DNA of 64,000 nt from assembly GCF_009914755.1 (NCBI RefSeq), contig NC_060929.1, one strand, 5' to 3'. The notes beneath the pieces were generated by a model, which ran no database searches, was not told the DNA's origin, and saw only the letters and a program-made list of their open reading frames with translations. This document shows, piece after piece, positions 37,340 to 51,411 of the stretch (positions within the stretch are counted from its first letter, which is position 1; the number at the start of each line of letters is the position of its first letter). Source of the DNA: the human T2T-CHM13v2.0 reference genome, Homo sapiens. Position numbers and translations under genes: made by a program.

Positions 37340-38751
37340 TAGTCCTCTCAGTAAAGGTAATACATTGTTTTCCTGGTTAAATTTGCAAAAACCAGGACAA
37401 TCCAAGGCTTTTCACTGGACACACGTGGGGAAAATCCAGAGTGCCAGGCTGAGGTCGGTGCGATGCAGAGGTAGTGGGAGTTATCACAAACCTCTGCTTT
37501 CTCCTGAGCAACCCAGAAGTGCAGAAGGAGTTTTTGCAAGACATACACAGATTCTTACCTACATGTACTTGAGCTGTTTCTCTAACTGCCCTGATAACTT
37601 GCCTCATAGGTGAACTTTTACAAAGTAAAAAGGCAGGCTTAAGGAAACAAAAAGATAAAACTGCTTGTCCAGAATGAGATCAAATCTGAAACTGGATTCT
37701 ATTCAATTGCCATTACTAATTCAAAGAACCACCAGAATCTAAAACTGAAATATCTCCACGCCTCTGTTTCTCTCCCTTGCTCTCCCATACCAAAGTTTGG
37801 GGTCTTAAAAAGGAAGCCAAATTCAACAGGGACAGATATTTTAGAAGAAAAACTCATTTTATTTAAAACTTCATTTTATTAAACTCAAGGTATTTGTCTC
37901 TAGTTGATCTGATGACTCAAAGTTTTCATGTTGGCCTCCTCTGAGGGCTTTGGAAAGCCTCGCATGCCCACAGAGGATGCAGCTGATAAAACAGAGACGG
38001 CCAGAGACAGTCACTTATCCCAACATCAATGGGTGCTTTCAGTTGATTCAGATGTAATTGAAATGCCCCATTTGCATTGAGTTCGCCAGTGCAGGAAAAC
38101 ACAGAAAAGAAGTGTCGGCCTTGCCCCGGGTTATAAACAATGTCCGGGTTTTTCATGAATTACATCTTATGACTGTTTCTAAATTTGAGAAAATAAATTG
38201 TCTAGCCACCAATGTGTGCAGATCTCATTTCATCTTCATTCAATATCCACTCAGCAGACAAAAAACCAAATGAACAAATCACCAGACTCCATCCAGAAGA
38301 GAAGACATTCCTGCCAGGGCGTAGCCCACATAGTCCCCACCCCGTCCCCTCACAGCAGCAAAAGTGTGCTTTAAAACAGCAGATTTCTCTGGCAGCTGTG
38401 TGTTTGTAATCACCAAAAGAAATATGTCCCCCACAATAAGCTCAAAACCATCACATACGTATAGAATGATTAGGTGCAGATGTTGACTCTTGTACAAATA
38501 TTTTACTATGGATTCAATTATTAAGCTTTTGCCATACTTAATCACATAAACTATGCTTGAAGAATATATATACCTCTTTTCAACGCAGCAAATGCTGGGT
38601 GATGCCCTGGATTAGAGGAGGGATAGGACCATGTGCCGCTGTATATTGGGGAAAAATTCATTTTCTTCCTAAAACGACCCCATAGTGTGATACGAGAGTG
38701 ACTGGAGTCATTTTATTAAAATGTTTAGTGTGAAATAAGGCAAAATTTTTA

Positions 38752-38752
<1 letters not shown>

Positions 38753-38784
<32 letters not shown>
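38753..38784. repeat. (CA)n microsatellite
   Basis: Pure CA run. Confidence 0.95.
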
Positions 38785-38785
<1 letters not shown>

Positions 38786-40289
38786 ATGCTAACATCCATG
38801 CCTTTAGTTATTACAATTAATTAGTAGAGTAGATTTTACTTAGAAGAACTTAGTTGACAGATTTGTTTGTGGTAGAGCATCTCCCCCTCTACGGAGCTAG
38901 AAATATCACGGTAAATGTGGCGGTTAACAACATCTCTATCTGCTGCTAAGAAAGTGTTGACACACATGTTTGGCTAATCATTTATAGCAAATAGCTATTC
39001 CCATAAAGGCTAAGATTAGTCGGAATTGGCATGCACTTCTTTCTTCTGTGAGTCTCATTTGATTATGGATGATGTTTTGTTAGAGTGTATCCATGCAACC
39101 TCATAAATGATGTAAAACCCAAGAAAAACACAGACTCTGTGCCAAAACCGAATTAAATACACATCAGAAAAATGTGAGCTTGATTCAGGTTCAGGTACGA
39201 TGAAACTTGCCTTGGTCTATTGTTGTTAAAACCTTCAGGAAAACTATAAAAAGCAAGCTTGACATTAATATCAATTTAAAGTTGGCGTGGCTGCCAACAG
39301 TTATTCCACATGAAGCTCAGCTGGCTGCACCATCTCCAGCACAACATATGGTGGCAGCAATTGCAGCCTCCAAAAGCTGTGAAAAATGGCCCACGCAGAC
39401 TGGGCAAGGAAAAGCCGTCTTATCTGTGTAGATGTGCTGCCACTGTCAGCATTTTTCTAATGATGAGCACAGACCCGTCTGGGAGTTAGTTGTGGAGGTA
39501 ATTGTTCCTCCCACTTGCGCTCTGGGTGAGCAGTTTCAGAGTCTCTTATCGGTGCCATATTCCCTTTCTCCTTCCATCAACTGACCCCAAGAGGTCTATT
39601 CAGCATGCCACCTCTTTTCTCTGCTCTGCCACCCCCTCCTCACACAGATTCTGGGAGATCCAAGCAGAACTACCCATAGTATTACTTCTGGAGCCTCTCA
39701 AGGAATCTGGAAGTCCTCTATCTTATTTCTCTACTATCCACAGTCCCAGGAATGGGGCTTAGGAGAACAAGGGCAATACCAAAGCCCAGTCGAGCACCAG
39801 GGCCTCCAACCAGGAAAGCATCTGTTCATCTGTGACTTGAAACATCATGTATTCATATGGTATGTGCCTGCTACTGGGAAGGGTTCTACCAGGTGTTGGG
39901 GGAGAAGGGAGAGGGACAAAGACCTGGGTGTGAAATGGTTGCATAAACTTCACCTGCTTGCCTGCTCACTAGGGAATGGAATCATAGACACCAGAAAGCA
40001 AAGTCACAAAGGGAAAGCAGGTAGAGGGTGTGAAGAGTTGAAACTCTCGAGTATCAGGTGGGCTGATAACCATTTACCCTGGCAAGGAAATAACTGACAT
40101 CAGGTGAGTCGGAGAGAATGCCAAGTTAGCTTCCCCCAGGGGAGGAGGCTAGGCCATTAACACTGTGAGTACACGGAACACCCAAGTTTGTGGAGGAACC
40201 CTGTTCTAAAGCTGAAACCACTACTTATCACAGGAGTGTCTCATGTCCAGAAACCTAAGACTCTGACTCCCTTCTTGAGAGTTTTTATT

Positions 40290-40648
40290 TGTATGAAAAT
40301 ATAGCGTCCCCTTCAAAATTCATACTGAAACTTAATCTCCATTGTGGTGGAAGTAGGAGGTGGAGCCTTTTAGGAGGTAATTAAGAGGGATCCACCCTCA
40401 TGAATGGATTAGTGCCTTATGAAAGGGCTGAAGAGAATGAGCTTAAGGCCCTTTTTGCCTTTCTGTCCCTTCTACCAAGTGAGGACAGAGCGTTTTTCCC
40501 CTCCTGAGGATGCAGCAACAAAGCCCATCTTGGAAGCAGAGACTGGGCCCTCATCAGAAACCAAACATTGATCTTAGACTTCCCAGACCCTAGAGCAATG
40601 ACAAAATAAATTTCTGTTCTTTGTATATTAGCCACATGGGCTAAGTCC
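40290..40648 (+). mobile_element. MLT1A/MSTD-like MaLR solo LTR
   Basis: 'ccttcaaaattcatactgaaacttaatc', 'ccctcatgaatggattagtgcc' and 'gatcttagacttcccag'. Confidence 0.75.
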
Positions 40649-41164
40649 AGCAGCTCACACAATCTTACTCCATCTCTATCTCCCAAATGCAAGTTAAGCT
40701 GCTGCTATGCCATGTGACTTAACCCAGTACTCCCCCCCCACTTTTCTGTTATAAACTCCTATATATGTCAATCTCAACAAGGAAGAAAAGTGGGATGCTC
40801 TTTTATTTTAAACAAAAGCTGTAGGGAAGAGAGGGGAGAAGAATGGGCAAGCAAACACAAAAACACACTCAGACCTTTCCATCTTGTGCTGAATGCTTTT
40901 TACATTTGTATTTACTTTCAAGATACTTAATAGGGTCAGCTTCTAATCTCCTACAGTCTTCATTACCGGATAACTCCTGGTCCTCCTTGAAGACTTGGCT
41001 CAGAAGTCAGCAACTGCAGGCCCCTTTGGCCTCTGGGCATCCTTAGCACCCATTCATACATCTACTAGGGACTAATTAGATGGTGTTGACTCACCTTTCC
41101 TTTCCCAGTGGATTGAAGTTCTTAAGAGAGGGTAACAATGCCTTTAGCAACATTTGATGGAACT

Positions 41165-41394
41165 GTGTTCCATCAAATGGAACTCTGTGCAATGGAACTG
41201 ATGGCAATGACAAAAACGTTGTACATCTGCACTTCCCAGTTGGCAGCCACCGCCCACACGACTATGGAGCATTTGAAATGTGGATGATGTGACTGAGGAA
41301 CTGAGTCTTTTTTCATTATATTTCATGTTAATTCATTTAAATGTATATCTCAATCACTGCACGTGGCTAATGGCCCTCATATGGGACAGTGCAG
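41165..41394. mobile_element. MER3 hAT MITE
   Basis: 'gagcatttgaaatgtggatgatgtgactgaggaactga...cacgtggctaatggc...ggacagtgcag'. Confidence 0.75.
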
Positions 41395-41539
41395 CTCCCA
41401 AAGCTCCTATACTGCTTGGAATAGGGAACCCGGCCCACTGTTAATAGAATAAACTGACCTTAGGAGTTCAAAACTATCTTAGTTCTTGGCTTAAATGGTG
41501 AAAACTTCTGAAATATCAGGGAAGTTACTCATCTCTGTC

Positions 41540-42250
41540 TTTATTCATTTTCCACACATTTGACCAATCGCCCTGTGCCAACCTGGTGGGACTGCTGTCT
41601 CACTAGACCCCCATTCCATGCAGCTAGGGCCTCCCCGCAGAAGCGCATGTGAACAGAGACCTGCGCCTTGTGTGGGAAGATCTGGAGAGGACGATGTGTG
41701 CTCCAAGCAGAAGTCCAGTACCTGAAAAGGCCCCTAAAGTCCTGGTAAGTGAAAAGGGGAGTCTGCTCTTGAAGGCAGCAGTGGAAGAGGCGGTCTCCAA
41801 ACAATGCAGGGCCCTACAGGCATCAGAACATTTGCATTCTACTTTAAGCATACTGGGAAGCCATTGGAGGGCCCTGAGGAGGGGCACAATGTGATGTTCC
41901 TGAGGGTTTAAACCCACTCTTCTCACAGTTGGGAGAACACTAGACACAGGTGGGGGGCAGGAAGGAGAGCAGGAAGACAGGTGGGGGGCAGGAAGGAGAG
42001 CAGGAAGGCAGGTGAGGGCCCCTCCCCGGTGGTCTGGGGGTAGAACTGGCCTGGCCAGAAGGAGGCAGGCAGAGGGACAGAGCCAATAGGATGTCTCCAG
42101 GTTGAGCTGGAGCACTGGGCACTCCAGACACAGAGATGTCTCCTGCAGTGAGGTCGGAGTGGGTGGCAGACCTGCTTGCTGAGGAGTCCAAGATTTCAGG
42201 ATTGCCAAGGTGGATGCAGGGAAGAAATGTTGGCGATCCCCAAGGGACAT
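41540..42250 (-). mobile_element. L2 fragment with an internal 31-bp tandem duplication
   Basis: 'ttattcattttccacacatttg', 'gggaagccattggaggg' and 'ggagtccaagatttcagg'; 'acaggtggggggcaggaaggagagcaggaag' repeated near 41946-42007. Confidence 0.6.
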
Positions 42251-43874
42251 CTATGTGGGCATGTGGTAGGTGAAAGCAAGCAGGGAGACATCCAGAAGAG
42301 CTGACCTCAGCAGCCACCACCACCCTTTGCTCTGAGATGTAAAGCCTGTTAACACAAGAATACACTGTGATGGGAGCAGACCAGTCACATGCCTCTTTCT
42401 CTCTCTCAAAGATTACAGGAGAAGGTCCGCCCAGCGACTGAGCTCGGATCCCAAAAGCTTGGCACAGGGCTGGTGACCTACTGGGGTGCGCAGGATGGCT
42501 GCGGCACTTTAAATCGCCCCGGAGCTCTATTTCCCATGGACTGAACCCTTAGATATAGTTGTTGAGAAGAACTGGGATGCCCCCCAGATTTTCTTAAATT
42601 TTATTTCTCACAGTGGACTCTCAGCAATGAGATAAATTTAGATTCCCAGTTAAGCAACGCACCATGGTAATTGTGCAAATATGATGTTTTAAATTACACT
42701 TTTATTATCTTGCTTTTCTCTTCCAACTTCTAATTCTCCTTTCTCATCACTCTCTGGTTGTTCCTGATCTGTAACCCTTCCTCCTCACAGGACAGTCATT
42801 AAACGGCTCCGATCTCCAGTAAATGGTGGAAAGAATGAATGGGTTTGGCTTTAAGCACTCCTAAATAGACAGTTGGGAAGTGGTCGAAAATTAAAACCAG
42901 GCAGCTTAATGATATTAATATGGTCTGTTCAAGAAAATGAGCTTCAGCCCCTTGTCTCTGGGCTTGGCTTCGTCTATGACCTCAGAGCTCAGAGGGAACA
43001 GCTGGGAAGGGGAGGCTGTTGGTGACTGGGCCCCCCAGCAGAGGAAACCAAGCAGTGGGGCTCCTCTCTAGCCCCCAGGGTAGCTTCGCTCGCCTCACGT
43101 GGAAACAGGAAATCCAGCTTCCTTGGGTCAGAATGGACAGCCGACGGTTCCCGCAGAGATGAGGCTGGTGGAGGCTGAGCGGATAATCCCTCAGCATCTC
43201 TCCAGCACCTCTTTCCCAACTCTGCCTGAATATGGAGAGCTGCAACCAACTCACCCACACCCCAGGCAGCCTGTTAGGGCTAATGTTTTTACTTGCTGGG
43301 ATCTCACTGAAAACTTTACAAATGGAGGAAGTTTTACAAATTTGACATCAAGAATTCAGAAGGTGAATTCACCAGAAGCCTGGTGAATACAATGCAAGGA
43401 TGTGATATTCATATCCAAATGTCTCAGTGTGAGGATTTGCAGTGGGTCATTGCTTTTGATTTATCATTGAGGGCAAACAAAACGTGAATTATATTAACAT
43501 CTTGTCAAGAATAGCAGTGCCATGATTGTTTGTCATTTCATTGCCCCAAATATATCGAGCACCATATCAACTGCAGACAACAGCGAAGCCTAAAATGGAT
43601 ACTTTTAAAATCATGCATAAAACGGCAACTTTCTAACAACTATGCCGATTCTTTTGATCTCTAGAACGGGAGGCAGGCAGGAGGGAACGCATTTTGTCAG
43701 ACATAAAGACTTTTCCAGGTTGTCCTCATTGGCATCTTCGGATGCATTCTACTCACACTAAAACAAATCTGTTCTGACTCATTGATTTCCCCAATCACAT
43801 GTGGATCATCCTAGTAGCACAGGAAGGATCTAAAGCAAGTACAGTCCTGATGCCCCAATGAGAACGAAGTGAAT

Positions 43875-44460
43875 GAGGGAGGCAAAGTTCTAAGATGACC
43901 CCTGAAAGTCCCTGTTCATCCCCGGCCCCAGTATACACAAATTGTCACCCAGTTATTAAATCAATTACTAATCTAGGTTCTGCTGTGAAGAGATCTTGCA
44001 GATAAAATCAAAGTCTTGAAGATGAATCCAATGAACTGACTTCAAGATACAGAGATTATCCTGGGTGGGCCTGATCTAATCAGGTGACGAGGCTCTTCCT
44101 GAAGAAAGATATTTGAGGGTGACTGGGAGATTCTCTGTTGCTGGTTTGAAGATGGAGGGGTCCATGTGGCAAGGAATGTGGGGAGCCTCTAAGAGCTGGA
44201 GTTCTCAGTCCTACAGCTAGGAGGAACTGAATTCTGCCAACATGAGGCCTCTGCATGAGGCGGAAATAGATTCTTCCCAGAGCCTCCAGAAATGAAAAGT
44301 GCCCTGCCAGCACCCAAATTCACTGCACAAAACCCCTAGCACGAAATCCAGCCTCACTGCACCCTGACTTCTGACCTATAAGATCTGTGAGCTAATAAAC
44401 GGCTATTGGTTTCAGTAATTAAGTTTGTGGTAACTTTTGCACAGCAAAGGAAAACTACAA
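43875..44460 (+). mobile_element. MLT1E/F-like solo LTR
   Basis: 'ttctaagatgacccc', 'gagattatcctgggtgggcctgatctaatca', 'ggaactgaattctgccaaca' and 'gacttctgacctata'. Confidence 0.75.
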
Positions 44461-45349
44461 AATCTGTTTTGGAACCAACAGATAAAGATTGCTAAGAAGA
44501 TGCCATGGCTACATGGTGTCCCTGCTCAGCCTTGATTTCCTCACCATACTGGCGTGGTAATGCCTGTCTGTCATGCCTCGTTGGGAAGGGGTGAGGACTG
44601 CCAAGAAAATGTGTAGAAATCTCTCATAAAAATAGAAGCTGCCACCAAAGGTAGAATAAATCCTATTCTTGTTGTCAATGAGTATAAATAATTACAGTTG
44701 TTCTTATTTTCACTGTTGGAGACATTTCATTTTTTTTTTCACAATGTTTTTAGAAAACACAATAGTATCAGGAAAATAGCCTTTCCCAGGCAGCAGTGCT
44801 CAGAAGGCAAGCATTCATTGAGATGTTGGTGGTTGTTTCTTGAAGAAGGGTGCCAAGGTCTAATAATCATCACATTCTCGGACAGGGTATCAGAGATTAA
44901 AGGTCCTGAGAAGTCCTGCAGCAGAGGAACTTGCTCAGTATTATCTAACCTGGCACATTTTTCCTCACTGACTCAACAAGCACGCTCCTCCAGCCACTCA
45001 GCTGAATCTCATGGAAATGCAGTGGTCCATGGAACCCACTTTGAGGAGCTGGTTGAGAAGCTAATAAAAACAAACAAACAAATGAAGATCTGCTGACTCT
45101 CTGTAGCAGGTGATCTGTTCCTTCCATCATGTCAGGCTGTGAGAGTGCCTGTACCCCATCTAGTGCCCAGGGCTCTCTGCCAGCTTTCAGACACCCCCAT
45201 CCCTTTGACCTTGGGCCTCAATGTTCCAGGCACTCTGGGCAAAGGAAAATGAGCTCTGGTAACAATATTTAAGGTGAGGGGCACCGCCCTTCAATACACG
45301 GGGAAATGTACATCCTCAACATGTTCACTAAGAAGTTAAAGGCATTTTT

Positions 45350-46145
45350 AATGGGAAAATATTTGGCTAGATAAGAGAATGAAAAATCACTGTCTTTAAA
45401 AAAAAAAACCCACCTTTTAACTTATCCAAATTCCATAAAAATAAACACTCTATCTACTTGCAAATAAAAGATAAGGCATTTAAAACAAGACCTGCTATGC
45501 CAGATAAAGAAGTATATTATAAATCAACAGGAATTTATATTGTATGGCCTTGGGCCAAGACAATAGGCAGATCAAGGGAACAGAGTAGACAGTCCAGAAA
45601 CGGCCTCTCACACACAGGGACTAACACATGAGCAATATGACTTAAAAAGATGAATTACTCAATAACAAAGTCAATAAAACTTGCTAATTCTTTGGTAAAA
45701 AGAAAAAACAAAGTTAGTCACCAACTCTCATCTTATTTTAAAATAAATTTCAAACGAATTTAAGTATAACCTCTAAATATACTAAAAAAAAAAAGGATAC
45801 ATAAATATTTAATCTCAGAGTTAAGAAAGAACTTTTCTACATAATCCCAGAAGTGAAAGCACAAAAATAATTGAGACTACATATAAATTTCTATATTAAA
45901 GAAAAACATAAATGAAAAGGCAAAGGAAAAATGGAGAAAAATATTTGCAACACTTATGAAAGACAAATGGTGTTATACAGATGTAAATGAATAAGAAAAA
46001 GTTGAATTCCCCAAAAGGAAAATGGACAAAGGACATGAATAGGCAAAGTAAATTAAAACACAAATGGCCAATAAATATGTGAAAATATATTTGACCTCAC
46101 TGTTAATGAAATAAATGGAAACAAAATAATGAGTTATCTGTCCAA
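45350..46145 (+). mobile_element. Old L1 (L1ME-like) ORF2/3' relic
   Basis: A-rich strand with 'gaacagagtagacagtccagaaa', 'gagaaaaatatttgcaa' and 'aaatggacaaaggacatgaataggca'; further pieces to about 47600. Confidence 0.7.
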
Positions 46146-46791
46146 TAGGGTATAATAAAAATGAGTGATAATCCTTCCTGCTGGTTTGGTTATGGGAACG
46201 GAGTCAGTTGAAGGGAGGGTAAATTTTAAAATTTCAGGAAGGGAACGTAAGAAAAAAAAATCAAAACTTGGAAATAGTCAAAAGGATGGCTCTGTCCGTG
46301 TTCTCATTAGGGGTAACGGTCTTTGCTTCGACTTATTATTTTCTATTGGTTAGAATCACCACAGCCATGTGAGGGTCCCTGGTATTATAACACACAGAAC
46401 ACTGACAGCAGTGCCCATGAGTCTTGTCTGGTGTTGACACAAAGGAACAACGCCCCGTGGACTTGGAAAGGACCGCAGCCCAAGCATCAGGGTGTCCTTG
46501 TATGACTGAATGACCTTCTTCCAAGGCTTCTGCGACCTCTTTCTGCACTCTGTTGCCATGCTGCTGCAGCCTCACTGTCCTGCTGGCTGTCTCATTGCAT
46601 TAGAGAAATACACCTTTGACATATGCTCTGTATGTGTTTGTATGAAAGTCATGTTTTTAACTTTTTAAAAATGATACTTGGACAGAAATTTGGCAAATAT
46701 ATATCAAGGTTCTCAAGTGAATCTCTCTTCTCTGCAACAGGAATGTCGCTTCTGGAAATTTTCCCTCTGAATAGAATTAGATAGAAGTTGA

Positions 46792-47374
<583 letters not shown>

Positions 47375-48892
47375 CACTTAATGTACCACCCTAGGGATTA
47401 GGAGGAACAAATTAAAGTGGAATGTTTCACAACCATTTTAATTATGATTTAAAAAAAAAAAACTACGATATTGTCCGTGTATATTTATGTTTAAGACTTA
47501 TTGTTAGGTAAAAAAATTATAAAGTTATATTTGTGGTGTTCATATGATCAGAAAAAATTAATACATTAAAATTTCATATGTAAAGAATATTACATCTTTC
47601 ATGTTTTCCACAGAATGAATACATTTTTGTATATATGTGTATATACACAGAGAGGGAGAAAGAGAAAGTAGCATATAAATAAAAATACATACATTTTATT
47701 ACCTATTACAGTATTTATTCTTCTACACACTTCTCAGTTCATGTATATACGGGAGCTTTCTTACATCCTGCACGGATGCCTGAGGTTCCACCACTAAGGA
47801 GTCTTGTCTCTAGGTGAAGAGGTCGTTAAAGCTGTTTATGTAAAGCCTGTGTCTTGGAGACAGGGTGTTATCTCTTTATCAGTCACATGCATTGGGTATG
47901 AAATGGCCAATTGGACTGGCTGGTGTGCCTGTCACTCAGCACCGCCCTGGGACCAGACAGCTTTGGTGACCGAGCTGGAGAGGGGCTCCAGAGCTGGACT
48001 GACCCTGAGAAGACTCCATCTCAGAGCAGCACAGGGAGGAGATGAGGCCCCACTGGTTTCCCTGGGGCCAGGCCTCATGTCAAATTGCAGAAACAGCCTG
48101 AGGACAGAGCCATGGAGAGCCGATGAGAGGGCAGGCTTGTCCATTCCAACTTCCATCTCTGCCTCTGACCCACATCTGTGGAATCAGGGCGGTGAACCAG
48201 AAGCCTCTGGAGTTTCTCAGTGCTCTGATCCCGTGAATTCCTCCTCTGTCCCCGCGATTTCGCAATGAATGGATGCTTCCCATTCTCACCAAGTGCCTGT
48301 TGAAACTTTCCTCAGCCTGACAACTTTCTTCTGTTACTTTCAAATGATCACAGGCTCCCAGGAGGAAAGTTTAGGTAGACCTCTCTTCAAGTGCTGCGTC
48401 CCAAAAGTCCCAAAGAACTGTCTACCTATGAGGCGCTCTCAGGACCTGGGACGGTGTGATCATGGTATCTGGGGATCAGCCAGCGCTGCTTCCTGGGGAG
48501 GAGGAGGCACCGGGTTACTGGCTCTGGGCTGCATCCCCTCGTCTGGGTCTGTGCTGTTCCTGCACTTCATAACATAATTTTCCTCTTATTCCTTACGGCT
48601 CAACAAGTCTTCTACTGCTCTCAGTCACTTTATCCTGGGAGTCGGATGTTTGCCTGGTTTTTTAGTGCATGTGAATACCTACCCAAAATTGCTATGTGAT
48701 TTCCAAAATGCTGAATTCCGTAGATTCTTTGAGACCAGTGACTTTCACTCTTTTAATCTATTTCCATTGGGTTGAACTGTGAAGTATGATGGGGAGAGAA
48801 AAGAACACCTTTGTAAATAGCAAAAAAACAAAACAAAACAAGAAAAACCTCCACAATGTCTTGAACTTCACAGACTTGTACAAGGTTGGAGC

Positions 48893-49080
48893 CAGTGTTC
48901 TTAACCCTGGCACTATTGACGTTTTAGGCTGGACAATTCTTTGTGGTCAGAGACTGTCCTCCCTGTGGAAGGGTATTTAGCAATGTCCCTAGGCTATACC
49001 TACCAGATGCCTGTAGCTCTGCCCTTAACCCCCACTACAGGGTGAAAAGTCAAAAATGTAAAAATGTCATATCTAGGGCA
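48893..49080 (-). mobile_element. MER20 hAT element, opposite orientation
   Basis: 'cagtgttcttaaccctggcactattgacgttttaggctggacaattctttgtgg'. Confidence 0.8.
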
Positions 49081-49464
49081 ACATAAGGATCCATGTGCCC
49101 CGTTAAGCCTTCACTGTGAAGGTGCAGAAGAAGCCCAGAGCTCGTCTCTCTTCTGTGGAGATGGATGCCTCCTCTTGGTGGCCTGCAAGAATGTGGTTGA
49201 TCCCAGACCATACTTCTGAAGAGTCAACAGTCCCATTGAGCAGTAGACCATAGCTGGGATGGTTTATAAAAACTGGTCCAGTACCTACATGCAAGTGTTA
49301 CAACTGATCATCTTTGTGGTAGAAATTGTGATAATTAGGAATGATAATATGTTCTTTGTATTCATTCATGCAATCTAAATTGTCTATGTTTATTCATTTA
49401 GTAATTTTTTAAAAGCTCAAGAAATGGAAGAAATGAGAGAGATGTTTCATGTACTCTCAGGTGA

Positions 49465-50356
49465 TGTGGCCAACACACCCTAATGTCACCCCTCCCCGGT
49501 GATCTATGTTTTGGATAATCCACTCCCCTGAGCATAAAGGGGCTTGTGACATAATTCTAGATAATAGAATACAGCAAATGTGATGGTTACATCTGATGTG
49601 AGATTCTGCCTTAGCAAGTGGGGGCAAGAGAGACTCCCTCTTGCTGACTTGTGTAAGAAGGGCTGCCGTCCTGTAGGAAGGACTGTGAGAGGCCACGTGG
49701 CAGGAACCATGGCAGCCCCTGGATGCTGAGAGTGGTCCCCAGCTGATAGGTTTGGCTGTGTCTCCACCCAAATCTCATCTTGAATTGTAGCTCCCATATT
49801 TCCCACATGTTGTGGGAGGGACCTGGTGGAGATAATTGATTCATGGGGGCAGTTTCCCCCATACTGTTCTCATGGTAGTGAATAAGTCTCATGAGATCTG
49901 ATGGTTTTATAAGGGGAAACCCCTTTCACTTGGCGCTCATTCTCTCTTGCCTGCTGCCATGTAAGACATGCCTTTTGCCTTCCACCATGATGGTGAGGCC
50001 TCCATAGCCACATGGAACTGTGAGTCCATTAAACCTCTTTTTTTTTTTTTTTTTTAAATAAAGTACCTGGTCTCAGGTATGTCTTGATCACTAGTGTGAA
50101 AATAGACTAATACACCAGCTGACTACCCCCCAAAAACAGGAACTTCAGTCCTACAACCACCACCAACCTGAGAGAGCCTCTGACAGGACCACAGCCCTGA
50201 CTGAGCCCTGATTGTAGCCTACTGAGACTCAGAGTGGAGGCCACAGCTGGTCTATGCCTGAACTTCTGACCTACTGAGAGTGGAGGTAACTGGTGTGTGA
50301 TGTTTCGAGTCACTAGGCTGTGGTCATTTGTTATGCAGCCTCAGGTAACAAACACA
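49465..50356 (+). mobile_element. MLT1F-like LTR split by a THE1 insertion
   Basis: 5' part 'ataatccactcccctgag...gaggccacgtggcagg' and 3' part 'acttcagtcctacaaccac...ttctgacctac...tttgttatgcagc'. Confidence 0.7.
49744..50114 (+). mobile_element. THE1 (C/D-like) solo LTR nested in MLT1
   Basis: 'tgataggtttggctgtgtctccacccaaatctcatcttgaattgtagctccc...gactaataca'; perfect TSD 'ccagc'. Confidence 0.92.
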
Positions 50357-50856
50357 GACAGCTTCCCTCTCCTTTGAAAACACATCAGCCAAATGCCTTT
50401 CATTACTGCAGCCACCTCTAGGCTAAGAGAATGTGAACCCTTGAGTATTCAGTATCTGCCGGATCAGAACTTACAGGATATTGAGGGGGACATGCAGCCT
50501 GGAAGAGCTGGAAGCTCACCTGGCTCTTGCCGCTCTGCCTTGATGGACTCCTATGGACACAAGCAATGCCACAGAGCACCAACACTGGACAGGGACACAC
50601 TGTGATGGTGGGGGCGGGGGAAAGGCAAATCAATACCCCTCTGTAATCTGGTCTGGTCACAAACAAAAACAAGAACGTGGTCAATACCACAAATACGCCT
50701 AGGCATCCCCCACCCCGGCTTATGTGAGCAGCTGCTGCTTTTACATCAATTGTAGCACCAGCCTCACTCCATTTCTCCCACCTTCCAGGACAATTAAGAC
50801 ATTCAACCACAGAATTACTCCCACTTCCAGACAGCACTCCATCTGAGCATGGCCTG

Positions 50857-51411
50857 TGTATTAGTCAGGGTTCTCTAAAGGGACAGAACTAATAGGATAG
50901 ATGTATATATGAAGGGGAGTTTATTAGGAGAATTGGCTCACATGATCACAAGGGGAAGTCTCACAATAGGCCGACTGCAAGCTGAGGAGCCAAGAAGCCA
51001 GTCTGAGTCCCAAACTTCAAAGGTAGGGAGGCTCACAGTGCAGCCTTCAGTCTGCGGCTAGAGGCCTGGGAGCCCCTGGCAAACCAATGGTATAAGTCCA
51101 AGAGTCCAAAAAAAAAAAAAAAGCTGAAGAACTTGGAGTCTGATGTTCGAGGGCAGGAAGCATCCAGCATGGGAGAAAGACGAAGGCTGGAACACTCAGC
51201 AAGTCTGCTCATTCCAACTTCTGCCTGCTTTATTTTAGCTGCTGTGGCAGCTGATTAGATGATGCCCACCCAGATTGAGGGTGGGTGTGCCTCTCCCAGT
51301 CCACTGATTAAAAAGTTAATCTCCTTTGGCCACACTCTCACATATACACCCAGGAATAATCCTTTGCATCCTTCAATCCAATCAAGTTGACACTCAATAT
51401 TAACCATCACA
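50857..51411 (-). mobile_element. MLT2A (A2-like) ERVL solo LTR
   Basis: 'tgtattagtcagggttctctaaagggacagaactaataggatag...aatattaaccatcaca'; perfect TSD 'gcctg'. Confidence 0.9.

Noticed and set aside
41624-42250. 208-aa ORF with a repeated peptide
   Set aside because: Lies in an L2 relic, and the repeat is a 31-bp tandem duplication.
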